A stretch of 64,000 nt of DNA from an uncultured Ectothiorhodospiraceae bacterium (lineage in GTDB: Bacteria; Pseudomonadota; Gammaproteobacteria; JAABTG01): NCBI GenBank assembly GCA_937867305.1, contig CALMKJ010000156.1:12011-76010 (forward strand), read 5' to 3'. Each line of letters starts with the position of its first letter. The first letter of the stretch is position 1. The notes below the pieces were generated by a model that saw only the letters and a program-made list of their open reading frames with translations, did no database searches and had not been told where the DNA came from. Made by a program: the position numbers and the translations under genes. Of the stretch, positions 1 through 8,312 are shown piece after piece.

Positions 1-1041
1 CTGCAACGGCACGACAAGGCTGGGCTGGTCACCGGAAGCAGACCGTTGCGCGACCGGTGTGTTCAACGCGCCCACCGTGGTCGCCGTCGACTTCCACATG
101 TAGATGCCCGGGTTGCGGTACAGGGCGCTGCCGTCGCTGGCCGCGACCACCGAGACCGTGACGGTGACGGTGCGCGGCGAGGTGAGCTTCCACCACATCC
201 CGAGCGTCGAGTTGGCGCCTTCGCCTGTCTCCCCGGTCTTCAAGTGGTTGTCGTAGTCGCGGCTCGTCCACGGCGCCCCGGACGGGGCCAGGTTGATCGG
301 GTGAGCGCACGCGATCATGTCGTTGTCGCATTCGATGGTGAACGTGGCCGGTGCCGACTTCGGTCCTTCGGTCCCGTCCACCGTCGCTGACACGGTCACC
401 GTGTGGTCGCCTGGAGGCACCGACGTGAGCTCGACGTTGCGAGACGCCCCGGTGGCGACCGGGATGGTCGAACCGTCCAGGTAGAGCGCGTAGTTGGTCG
501 CGCCGACCACCTCGTCCCACGTGATGATCGCGTCCACGTCACCCGGAATGACCGTTGCGGTCACGTTCGTCGGGGTCGTCGACGGGTCCGCCGGCCCCGC
601 CTCCACACCGGTCCCGTCGCAGTCGGACACGTGGTTCCCGCGACCCGAGTCCACGATCGCACCCGAGTCGGAGTCGTAGATGGCGTACGCCTTCACGATC
701 ACCCCGGCGCTGGACAGCACACAGATCCGGAACCCGTCCTCGTCGGCGTAGTAGCCGGCGATCCGCGACCCGACCGTCAGGTTGACGCCGCGGACACCGG
801 CCCCGTTGGACGCGACCGTCTCCGGGTAGGCGTCCTCATGGATCCGGTGCGCCTCGATCCCGACAGAGATCTGCTTCGCGTCCGAGACAGCCCTGGTGAC
901 GTAGGTCCGCTCACGGAACATCCCCATCGACTGGACCGCGATGACGGCCAGCAACGCGAAGATCGCCATACCGAGCAGCACGTCGAACATGGCGAGCCCA
1001 CGGTGGTCGCGGGCGGTGCCGCGGCGTCGAGGCGGAGTCAT
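1..1041 (-). CDS. prepilin-like secreted protein with fibronectin-III-like domain (N-terminus complete; C-terminus runs off window start; paralog of 62495..63469 product)
   Basis: Manual reverse-complement translation from ATG at about 1041 gives MTPPRRRGTARDHRGLAMFDVLLGMAIFALLAVIAVQSMGMFRERTYVTRAVSDAKQ... and stays open to position 1. Absent from ORF track because no stop lies in the window. The N-terminal 60 aa are closely similar to 62495..63469 (basic leader, Gly, then hydrophobic helix with Asp at +5). A class-3 motif TTTGCGCATGGTG lies about 45 nt upstream. Confidence 0.5.
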   Translation of the reverse strand, partial: MTPPRRRGTARDHRGLAMFDVLLGMAIFALLAVIAVQSMGMFRERTYVTRAVSDAKQISVGIEAHRIHEDAYPETVASNGAGVRGVNLTVGSRIAGYYADEDGFRICVLSSAGVIVKAYAIYDSDSGAIVDSGRGNHVSDCDGTGVEAGPADPSTTPTNVTATVIPGDVDAIITWDEVVGATNYALYLDGSTIPVATGASRNVELTSVPPGDHTVTVSATVDGTEGPKSAPATFTIECDNDMIACAHPINLAPSGAPWTSRDYDNHLKTGETGEGANSTLGMWWKLTSPRTVTVTVSVVAASDGSALYRNPGIYMWKSTATTVGALNTPVAQRSASGDQPSLVVPLQ

Positions 1042-1316
1042 AACGGGGTTTCCGGTCAGGTGGAGGATGGGCTTGTTTCCTTCCACCATGCGCAAAGAAG
1101 GGCCGGTTCAGGCTCCCCTCAGCCTGCTAGACCGGTTCGTCACGCCTGCGAGAAGGTCTGGGCGGACCGGTCGACCGGTGGCATGATCGTCGGCACCATG
1201 CCTGCCGCGAACCCGATTCCGAAGCCGGTGACCATCCTGGACGTGCGTTCAATCCCGGTGGACACACCGGACGAGGACGAACCGGAGGTCCCGTTGCGTC
1301 GGGCGGCGTAACGCCC

Positions 1317-1562
1317 TCAGTACGGCAGGTCGAGACCGGCGACCCACAGCACCATCAAGGTGACGAACGCGGTCGCCCCGACACCGACCAAGGCCCACCC
1401 GATGATGCGTTGACGGGCCGGGAAGTCGGTCAACGGCTCACCGGTCACCGAATGGGTTCGGCCGGCACGCACCGCCATGCCGCGGCGGGTGTTTGCACCC
1501 AGCATCGCGTTGCCCCAGGCGAGCACGAAGATGGAGCCCGCGAACGACCAGAGCCAGTTCAT
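1317..1562 (-). CDS. small membrane protein (81 aa, two predicted TM helices)
   Basis: Internal Met (MNWLWSFAGSIFVLAWGNAML...) of track ORF 1317..1829; the upstream part of that ORF is Arg-rich junk. Confidence 0.35.
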   Translation of the reverse strand: MNWLWSFAGSIFVLAWGNAMLGANTRRGMAVRAGRTHSVTGEPLTDFPARQRIIGWALVGVGATAFVTLMVLWVAGLDLPY

Positions 1563-1683
1563 GCAGCGGCCCCCGTCCAGGTGAGGCTGGTGTGGTCGGT
1601 GTGAGTCATGGTTGGTTCCCTGCGGTCGTGGATGTGCGGACGCTTCTCCTGTGCCACCACGCCGGCGCCGAGGATCCCCGGCT

Positions 1684-2157
1684 TCACGACCAGTGCTCCG
1701 GCACCGTGTCCGGCACCCGCGGCGGGACGTGACCGACCAAGGCGGCGCGCAGCTCGTCGCCGACCATCTCGGCGGCCGCGACATACAGGTCGTCGTGCCG
1801 TTCCAGGTCCGGGTCGTCGACCAGGGCACGGCACTCGGTAACCGTCAACCGCATCAGGTTCTCGACACCCTGGACGCGCGGGAACCCGAGCGCTTCCAGC
1901 CGCCGGCAACGCCACGACCAGTCGGTCGAGGCGTCCATGACAGCCAGCACCCGGTTCAGGTCCACGCCTTCGGCCCGCAGCTCGAGGACCGCGCCACGCA
2001 CCGTCATTGACGCGACAAGGTCGGCAAGGTCGTCCAACGGGGCACCGATCGTCGCAGCCACATCAGGGTCCTGGGCAGCGTCGACGGCGTGGACCGCGCG
2101 TGTCATCAACGCGACGTGCTCCGCCGTCCTGTCCAACCATGCCGGGTCGGTGCTCAC
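1684..2157 (-). CDS. hypothetical protein (157 aa), GTG start
   Basis: Track ORF with normal composition; its start is a GTGA overlap with the stop of the 2154..2297 ORF. Confidence 0.45.
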   Translation of the reverse strand: MSTDPAWLDRTAEHVALMTRAVHAVDAAQDPDVAATIGAPLDDLADLVASMTVRGAVLELRAEGVDLNRVLAVMDASTDWSWRCRRLEALGFPRVQGVENLMRLTVTECRALVDDPDLERHDDLYVAAAEMVGDELRAALVGHVPPRVPDTVPEHWS

Positions 2158-2297
2158 GACGCCCGCCTTCGGAGGGCCCGGCGCACACGCAGGTCGTACG
2201 CGTACGAGGTGGCCGCACCGAGTGCGACCCCGGTCGCGAACGTGACGAACGCGGACCCCACCGACCAGACCAGGTAGCCGAACAGGTCGTGGCTCAC
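2154..2297 (-). CDS. small hydrophobic protein (47 aa)
   Basis: GTG start overlaps the stop of 2294..4711 (GTGA), and its own stop overlaps the GTG of 1684..2157; single TM helix VSHDLFGYLVWSVGSAFVTFATGVALGAA. Confidence 0.3.
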   Translation of the reverse strand: MSHDLFGYLVWSVGSAFVTFATGVALGAATSYAYDLRVRRALRRRAS

Positions 2298-4711
2298 CGG
2301 AACGTCACCACCCTGGACTCGGCTTCCACCATGTGCCGCATCGACACCCAGCCGACGAACTTGCCCACCTTCGGCAGATGCGAAGTCCGGAACGTGGAGC
2401 CACCCGGAAGAGGCAGGTCGACCTGTTGACGGTTCGCCGACCACGGGGTCAGCACCTGTTCCAACGGCGACCAGTGCACCGGGTCACCTGACGCGAGCCG
2501 GTCCGGGGCCAACCGGTCGAACAACGCCAGATCCGCTTCCAGGTCCCGTACGCCCGCCTGGGTCAGGTACGACGTGCGAGCCACCCGGGCCGCGGAGACC
2601 CGCGACAGGACCGTCTCGACATCCTCACCGACCCGGTCAGCAACCCCGACGGCCAGTTCACGGTCACGGTCCCCGATGTACGGCAGATGCCATCCACCCA
2701 CCCCGACCAGGGTCGGGGTGGACGCCTCGTACGCGTCCCGCATCCGTTCCGCGACCATCCGGATCTCCGGTTGTGCGTCAGGGTGGCACCGTTGCGCGAA
2801 GTAGTTCTCCACCGGCCCGGTCCACACCGAGACGTGCATCATGTGCGGTTCCAGCAGCCGGTTCGTGATCGACTTGTGCACGCCCAGCTCCCGCAGCTCC
2901 GACCCGAGCTGGATCGTTGCCTCCCGGTGCAGGTCCCACTTGCGGCGAGCTACCGCTTCGGCTTCCGCGGCAACCGGGTCACCACCCTGCATGCCGGAAC
3001 GTTCACTGGCCCACACGACCGGGACAGCCGGGTGCGCACGAACATCGTCGATGACCTTCACGACAGGTCGGGCACGACTCGACGCCGAGTTCTTGGAGTT
3101 GTGCACGACGATGCCGTCGGCCACGAAGTTGTGCCACGGACCTTCTACTTCGATGTCGTAGGTCATCTGCACTCCCGCGTAACGAATCGCCTTGATCGCT
3201 ACCCACTTCCGGGCGATTCGCCGTGACCTGGCCTTCGGCTTCCAGTCAGGGTGTGGTTCCTTGTCCGCCGACGAGAAGACCGAAAGGTCGTCTCCGTTGT
3301 GCAGGGCGTCGGCGAAGCGGTCTTCGAGGTTGTTCGCATGAAGGTATCGGTGATGTGTGGCGCAGAGCGTGATGAGGTTGTCGAAGTTCTTGGCGAGACC
3401 GACGTCTTTCACCACCGGGACGATGTGATGGGCCACGAGGTCGCTGCCGCACCCTCCGATCTGGCACTTGAATCCGAACTTCTGATGTACGCGGTACGCC
3501 TCGTTCTGTGTCCAGCGTCCGATGTCGGCTCGTTCACTGGTGATGCCACCCTTCCACCAGTGGTGCTCAGCCCCACGCGCATGGCGTTGGTTTGTGCGCC
3601 GACCACGCGTCTTGGGGTTCTGGTAACGCAGACCCGTGTTCCACGGCTTGCGTCCTTTCAGGATCAGCGAGATGTCGTAGGGGATCTTGTGTCGCTGGAA
3701 CGACCGCTTGACCTGGTTGACGGTTACCCCAAGATCAGCAGCGATGGACGTCGCAGACGATCCCTCTTGCCGGCGGGCGAGTAGCCATGCCGGGTCGTCG
3801 AGGCAGGCGGGCTTCTCCGGGGCAACGCGCTTCCAGCCAAACTCGGCGTACGCGCGCTCTACGCGGTGGCGGGGGACGTCGAGACGGTCGGCGATCTGAC
3901 GGATCGTCATGCCTTCCGCCCTCAATGAGCCCACGGTCTCGCGATCAAGGAGCACCTGCCCGTTCGCTGCGAACATCGGGGAGTCTCCTTGGTAGAAGAC
4001 GAGGTCCTCACTGTTGCGGCGGAGGCCGGTGGCCTCTTCCAGCGTGAGCCAGCCCCGGTCTGTGAAGAAGAGGTGGGCCTTCGATGTTGTGATGACGTAC
4101 CCGTCGTCGAACTCAACCGTGTAGGTCTCTTTCTCACCAGACTCCCACACGTCTTTGACGTGTGTGTGGACGATCTCTCCGGTTTCCTCGTTGAGACACC
4201 TGAGCCACATCCTCGAGAGGTTGGTCCGAGTGTTGTATTCGACTTCGGGAGGGTTGGAGTACCAGCGCTTGAAGTCCGCGCCATTGATGACACGGCGGCC
4301 GTTCTCGTTGGACCGAGCAGGCAGGCCGTAGAGGCGAACGGCCTTATCGAAGCCGGTGTAGTGGGCACCGAGAAGCTTAGCCAACTCCGCGGGCCGGTAG
4401 TCGCGATCGTCGACCAGCAAGGATGTGTCGAACTTCCCGCGCTTCCGACGAGAGTGGCGTGTGCCTGAATGCCACTTCCGGAAGAGCTCGTCGATCCGCA
4501 TCTTTCCGCCGGCCGCACGACCGGCCTCAACCCCGTTAGGCCGGTCGAACCACAGCTCGACATCTCCAGCGAGGCACATGACAGCATGCGTGTTCTCCTC
4601 GGCGAGCACCCAACGGTGGTGGCGCTTCTCGAACGTGGTGATCCTGTCGCCGTCGGGACTGATCGAGTCGGCGATCACCTTCGCGTACACGAAGTCGTCT
4701 GACCTGTTCAT
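2294..4711 (-). CDS. thyX: FAD-dependent thymidylate synthase (ThyX)-like protein interrupted by an intein with an HNH homing-endonuclease domain
   Basis: Short N-extein ending ...KRHHRWVLAEENTHAVM, then an intein starting CLAGDVELWF and ending ...VVHN, with Ser at +1. The intein contains an HNH block (HHIVPV...CATHHRYLH). The C-extein has ThyX-like C-terminal blocks (HVSVWTGPVENYFAQRCHPDAQPEIRMVAERM, compared with ThyX ...VVTGNYRAWRHFIAMR...EIRRLA). Start placed at ATG of MNRSDDF, with an AGGAGG RBS and an ATGA overlap with the upstream stop. Confidence 0.55.
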   Translation of the reverse strand: MNRSDDFVYAKVIADSISPDGDRITTFEKRHHRWVLAEENTHAVMCLAGDVELWFDRPNGVEAGRAAGGKMRIDELFRKWHSGTRHSRRKRGKFDTSLLVDDRDYRPAELAKLLGAHYTGFDKAVRLYGLPARSNENGRRVINGADFKRWYSNPPEVEYNTRTNLSRMWLRCLNEETGEIVHTHVKDVWESGEKETYTVEFDDGYVITTSKAHLFFTDRGWLTLEEATGLRRNSEDLVFYQGDSPMFAANGQVLLDRETVGSLRAEGMTIRQIADRLDVPRHRVERAYAEFGWKRVAPEKPACLDDPAWLLARRQEGSSATSIAADLGVTVNQVKRSFQRHKIPYDISLILKGRKPWNTGLRYQNPKTRGRRTNQRHARGAEHHWWKGGITSERADIGRWTQNEAYRVHQKFGFKCQIGGCGSDLVAHHIVPVVKDVGLAKNFDNLITLCATHHRYLHANNLEDRFADALHNGDDLSVFSSADKEPHPDWKPKARSRRIARKWVAIKAIRYAGVQMTYDIEVEGPWHNFVADGIVVHNSKNSASSRARPVVKVIDDVRAHPAVPVVWASERSGMQGGDPVAAEAEAVARRKWDLHREATIQLGSELRELGVHKSITNRLLEPHMMHVSVWTGPVENYFAQRCHPDAQPEIRMVAERMRDAYEASTPTLVGVGGWHLPYIGDRDRELAVGVADRVGEDVETVLSRVSAARVARTSYLTQAGVRDLEADLALFDRLAPDRLASGDPVHWSPLEQVLTPWSANRQQVDLPLPGGSTFRTSHLPKVGKFVGWVSMRHMVEAESRVVTFR

Positions 4712-5154
4712 TCGGTCACCTCCTGCTGGTCGGGGCACACCCGGGCCACAGCCGGCAGGTCGCCGGTCAACACGTGACCGAACACGTCGCGGGCGTACCC
4801 GTGGGGTCGGTCGGTGAAGTGGAGCCGGTTCGGCGCCTCACCGTCACGCACGTACGAAGCCGGGTCGCCGAACTCCACGCCGGGCCGGTGGTGGTACACG
4901 CGGCGTTGCGCGTCAACGAACAGGTAGGTCTCCACCCGGTCGGTGCCGTTGTTGTACACGCGGGTCTCGTCGGTGGAGAACAGCCGCTTCACTTCGTACA
5001 GGCCCACCAGGACCGGTTCACCGGACTTGTCGAACTCGTAGCGCGACGACACGAGACGGAACGCCCACACGATCACCGGGTCTTCCGACCTGGTCAGCCG
5101 CAGCCCCACCGGGACCGGGGGTACCGGTACGTCGGCGGCGTGCTTGCCGGTCAC
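4708..5154 (-). CDS. hypothetical protein (about 148 aa)
   Basis: Track ORF 4708..5196; start moved to the internal GTG that forms a GTGA overlap with the stop of 5151..5390. Confidence 0.45.
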   Translation of the reverse strand: MTGKHAADVPVPPVPVGLRLTRSEDPVIVWAFRLVSSRYEFDKSGEPVLVGLYEVKRLFSTDETRVYNNGTDRVETYLFVDAQRRVYHHRPGVEFGDPASYVRDGEAPNRLHFTDRPHGYARDVFGHVLTGDLPAVARVCPDQQEVTE

Positions 5155-5390
5155 GAGTCCGACTCCGACGAACCGGCCGCGAACTGACGTGACCAAGCCT
5201 GGAACTCGGTGTACGTGCCGAACGGCCCGAACCTCTCCGGGTTCTCGACCCGGCCGCAGTCGACGTACTTGCCGCCCGGGAACCGCACCTGCATGCGGGG
5301 AGGCGTGTCACCGGGCACCGCCCTGAACAGCGTCACGACCGTGCCGCTCGGTAGAGAGTGGGAAGACGACCACACGTTAGGGGAGCTCAT
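5151..5390 (-). CDS. hypothetical protein (79 aa) sharing a C-terminal PERFGPFGTYTEFQAWSRQFAAG motif with the downstream dNTP hydrolase-like protein
   Basis: Internal ATG of track ORF 5151..5426. The motif is paralogous to PERYGPVGRTSAEFKAWGRRFSAG at the C-terminus of 5377..6216. Confidence 0.4.
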   Translation of the reverse strand: MSSPNVWSSSHSLPSGTVVTLFRAVPGDTPPRMQVRFPGGKYVDCGRVENPERFGPFGTYTEFQAWSRQFAAGSSESDS

Positions 5391-6216
5391 AGTCGTCCTG
5401 TGTGCGGGAAACGTCGTCGGATGCACCCGGCGCGTTCTCCGGCGTGACCGCCTCCGGCCAACCTGCGGAGAACCGTCGGCCCCAAGCCTTGAACTCGGCG
5501 GACGTGCGGCCGACAGGACCGTACCGCTCCGGTCCTTTGCCGGGCCGGTCGTCGAACTCGGGCCGGTTCTCCACGAACCAAGCCAGGTTGAGTGCGTGCC
5601 AGGCGACCGCGATCATGTGCTTGACCGCCATCTCAGGGTCGTAGTCCTCCCCCATCCAGAACAAGCTCCCGTGCCGCAGCATCGCCGAGTACGAGCTAGA
5701 CCACGGGTACCCGCGCTTCCAGTTGGGTGCGCCCGCCACATCGTCCGGGTACTTCATCTGGCCCCGTCCGTACAGGACGGCCAACTCCCACAACGGGCCC
5801 GCCGGGATCAGGTCGATCCGTGCCTCCTTCATCGACTTCGACCCACCCGAAGCGCTCGTGACCAGGCGTTCGCCGCGCTCCCGAGGAGTCGCCGGTGCAG
5901 GTGCCGGTGCGACCGGGGCGGGAACCGGGCGCAGGTCGGTGCGGTCAGTCGGTGCCGGGGTCGAAGTGACGAACACGTCCACGTCGAGCAGTTCACCGGT
6001 GAGAGCGTCCAGGACCGGAAGCCCGATACCCAACGCCAACACGACCTCGCCGCGGGCGCCACGGGAGTCCTCCCAACGAGGCAGGACCGCGACCGCGTCC
6101 GCATCCGTCGTGATGTGTGCGGCGTACCGGGAAAACTCGCCCCGTAGGTCGAACCCGATGGTGTCCGGGTGCTCCTTGCCGGTGCAGCCGGCACGGGAGA
6201 TCTGGCGCCCCGTCAC
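5377..6216 (-). CDS. dATP/dGTP diphosphohydrolase-domain (MazG-like nucleotide pyrophosphohydrolase) protein; start uncertain (alternative ATG at 5832 gives a 152-aa domain-only protein)
   Basis: Block KEARIDLIPAGPLWELAVLYGRGQMKYPDDVAGAPNWKRGYPWSSSYSAMLRHGSLFWMGEDYDPEMAVKHMIAVAWHALNLAWF matches the phage/plasmid dATP/dGTP diphosphohydrolase N-domain pattern. A long GTG start gives a GTGA overlap; the alternative ATG has a GGTGGG RBS. Confidence 0.5.
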   Translation of the reverse strand: MTGRQISRAGCTGKEHPDTIGFDLRGEFSRYAAHITTDADAVAVLPRWEDSRGARGEVVLALGIGLPVLDALTGELLDVDVFVTSTPAPTDRTDLRPVPAPVAPAPAPATPRERGERLVTSASGGSKSMKEARIDLIPAGPLWELAVLYGRGQMKYPDDVAGAPNWKRGYPWSSSYSAMLRHGSLFWMGEDYDPEMAVKHMIAVAWHALNLAWFVENRPEFDDRPGKGPERYGPVGRTSAEFKAWGRRFSAGWPEAVTPENAPGASDDVSRTQDDYELP

Positions 6217-6295
6217 CCGGTCATCGGACCCGACAGGTACACCGTGTCGATGCCGTGGTGCCGGGCCGGAAGCGGAGCGGCGGCGGGATTCGTCG

Positions 6296-6658
6296 TCATG
6301 CTGTTCCTGTGCCAGAAGCACCCAGCCAGCCGGCCAACCGGTTGTCCGGATGGTCGGCGAACTCGTTCAGGTACACGGTGTGCAGCAGCCACCCGATCGC
6401 GACCGTCGAGGCGAGCACCGTGAACGGGTACGCGGTCTGTGTCGCCACGAACAGCACCGCGAGCCACCGCCACCACCGGTAGGTGCGTGCAGGTGGCACC
6501 AGGAACCACGTCACGACGGCCGGGAGCAGGAACACGGCCAGCATGAGCGCCAACCCGCCTTGCATCAGCGCGAACGTCATGGCCCACGTGACCAACCCAC
6601 CGACGCCAACGCACGCGGCCCAGCCGGCGAGCACCGCGAACGGGTTGCGGGTCGTCAT
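6296..6658 (-). CDS. integral membrane protein (120 aa, 3-4 TM)
   Basis: Track ORF; hydrophobic throughout; ATGA overlap with upstream 6655..6852. Confidence 0.5.
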   Translation of the reverse strand: MTTRNPFAVLAGWAACVGVGGLVTWAMTFALMQGGLALMLAVFLLPAVVTWFLVPPARTYRWWRWLAVLFVATQTAYPFTVLASTVAIGWLLHTVYLNEFADHPDNRLAGWLGASGTGTA

Positions 6659-6852
6659 CGGGTCACACGCTCAGCAGTGACCACTGCCCGGTCCAACCCG
6701 AGAGCCGTGAACACGTCACGTGCCTCCGGTCCGGTGAGCTGCCGGTCCCGGACGGCCCGGGCCAGACGCAACGCGGCGTCCAACTGCATGTCCGCGGGGA
6801 CGTCGGGAACCGACCTGATCTGCTGCCAGTCCCGACCGACCTTCTGTGCCAT
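6655..6852 (-). CDS. hypothetical small protein (65 aa)
   Basis: Track ORF with second Met start; GAGG RBS 6-7 nt upstream. Confidence 0.4.
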   Translation of the reverse strand: MAQKVGRDWQQIRSVPDVPADMQLDAALRLARAVRDRQLTGPEARDVFTALGLDRAVVTAERVTR

Positions 6853-6941
6853 CACGACCTCGTCTCGCTCACGCGCGTTCGGATGCGGGTGACCCCGCTG
6901 TGGTCACGTTGTGTGCGGAGAGCTCCCGGCCGTGCACCCGT

Positions 6942-8225
6942 TCAGGCCGTCTCGACCAGCTCCGGTGCAGACGCGTCACGCATCCGGTTGAAGTCACCCG
7001 AAACCAGGTGCTCCACGGCCAGCTCCATCAGCCGTTCCTGCACCTGCTCGGTCGTCGAACCGAGAGGGGCTCCCGGGTACGCGGCAGCCTGGTTCAAGTA
7101 GGTGTGCCACCGTGACCGGGACACGACGTGGCCGCGGCGGGCCGCGGCCTGCTCTGCCTCGGAGGCGACCGTGAAGTCGCTCACCGGCTCGCATTCGGTC
7201 GCCACCCACGACTCGACGAGGACGGCAGCCAGGTTCCGCCACCGCAAGTCCAGGCGACGTTGCCCGCGCGCGTCGGTGACCTTCGACGACGCGCCGGCCG
7301 CAGCGGTCCGCATCCGTTGGATCGACTTCTTCGAGGGCCGGTCGAACGGGGCAACCGCGAACTCGGCGAGCGCCGCAGCGAACCTCGGGTCGGCGTCCAG
7401 GAGCCGTTCCACCTGGTCGGCGTCGTAGGAGTCCCACAAGGCCAGCACCCGCTCGTCGACATCCCGGGTCAGTGCGTCAGGGTGTTCGCTGTACCCGAGC
7501 ACAACGGCTGCGAACGTCTCCAGCGACCGGTACGCCAACCACGGGTCGGCCTTCAACAGCTTCAGCACCTCGGCCCGGTCCCGGTAGTCCTCTGGTCGGA
7601 CCGCGGCGGGGACACCGAGGATCTCCGCCGCCTTCTCCATGCCGAGCCGCATCCGGGGCCGGCCGCGCAGACCGTGGCATTGGGCCTCGAACTCGTCGAC
7701 CTTGTCGGCGTACTCGTGTCGTGCCGCCGTGTCGTCTCCGGGCTCCGGGTCGTAGGTGACTGTGTCGAGGACGAACCCGGACGGGTCGGTCGCGGTCCCG
7801 GTGCGGCGTTCGGCGCGGCGGACGTCGCGGATGCCTTGGACGATGTGGTTGGGGACGTGCTTGCGCAGCCACCCGCACGCTGAGGAGGTTCGGGCGATGG
7901 CGAAGTCGAAGTCGCGGCTGCCGGGGGTGAGGAGCTTGGCGGCGATCTTGGCGCGGACGTGGTCGGCGACCTCGTCGAGGATTCGGTACTCGACCTGGCT
8001 TCGGCCCAGGCTCGTGCCGATCACGTTGGTCGTCATCAAGGCGGTGGCGATGATGCTGCGTGCCGTCTGCTCGTCGAAGACGCCTTCGTCGTACGCGGCG
8101 ATGACTTCTTTCACCGCTCGGTCGATGGTGTCGGTGTCATCGAACTGGGACAGTTCGGCGGCGATGACGGCCGGGTCGCGGGTCGGGTTGAAGCAGGCGA
8201 AATGGGTCGCGGCAGGTGGGGTCAC
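6942..8225 (-). CDS. hypothetical protein (427 aa)
   Basis: Long ORF without Arg bias; GTG start lies 9 nt downstream of class-1 motif CCCCGCACACC. Confidence 0.55.
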   Translation of the reverse strand: MTPPAATHFACFNPTRDPAVIAAELSQFDDTDTIDRAVKEVIAAYDEGVFDEQTARSIIATALMTTNVIGTSLGRSQVEYRILDEVADHVRAKIAAKLLTPGSRDFDFAIARTSSACGWLRKHVPNHIVQGIRDVRRAERRTGTATDPSGFVLDTVTYDPEPGDDTAARHEYADKVDEFEAQCHGLRGRPRMRLGMEKAAEILGVPAAVRPEDYRDRAEVLKLLKADPWLAYRSLETFAAVVLGYSEHPDALTRDVDERVLALWDSYDADQVERLLDADPRFAAALAEFAVAPFDRPSKKSIQRMRTAAAGASSKVTDARGQRRLDLRWRNLAAVLVESWVATECEPVSDFTVASEAEQAAARRGHVVSRSRWHTYLNQAAAYPGAPLGSTTEQVQERLMELAVEHLVSGDFNRMRDASAPELVETA

Positions 8226-8312
8226 GGACCGCTGGTGTGCGGGGAGGCCCGTTCAGTGCTCCCTGGAACCCGTTCCAAGGCCCATTATGTGATGAGGATC
8301 ACTCTCTTGGTC

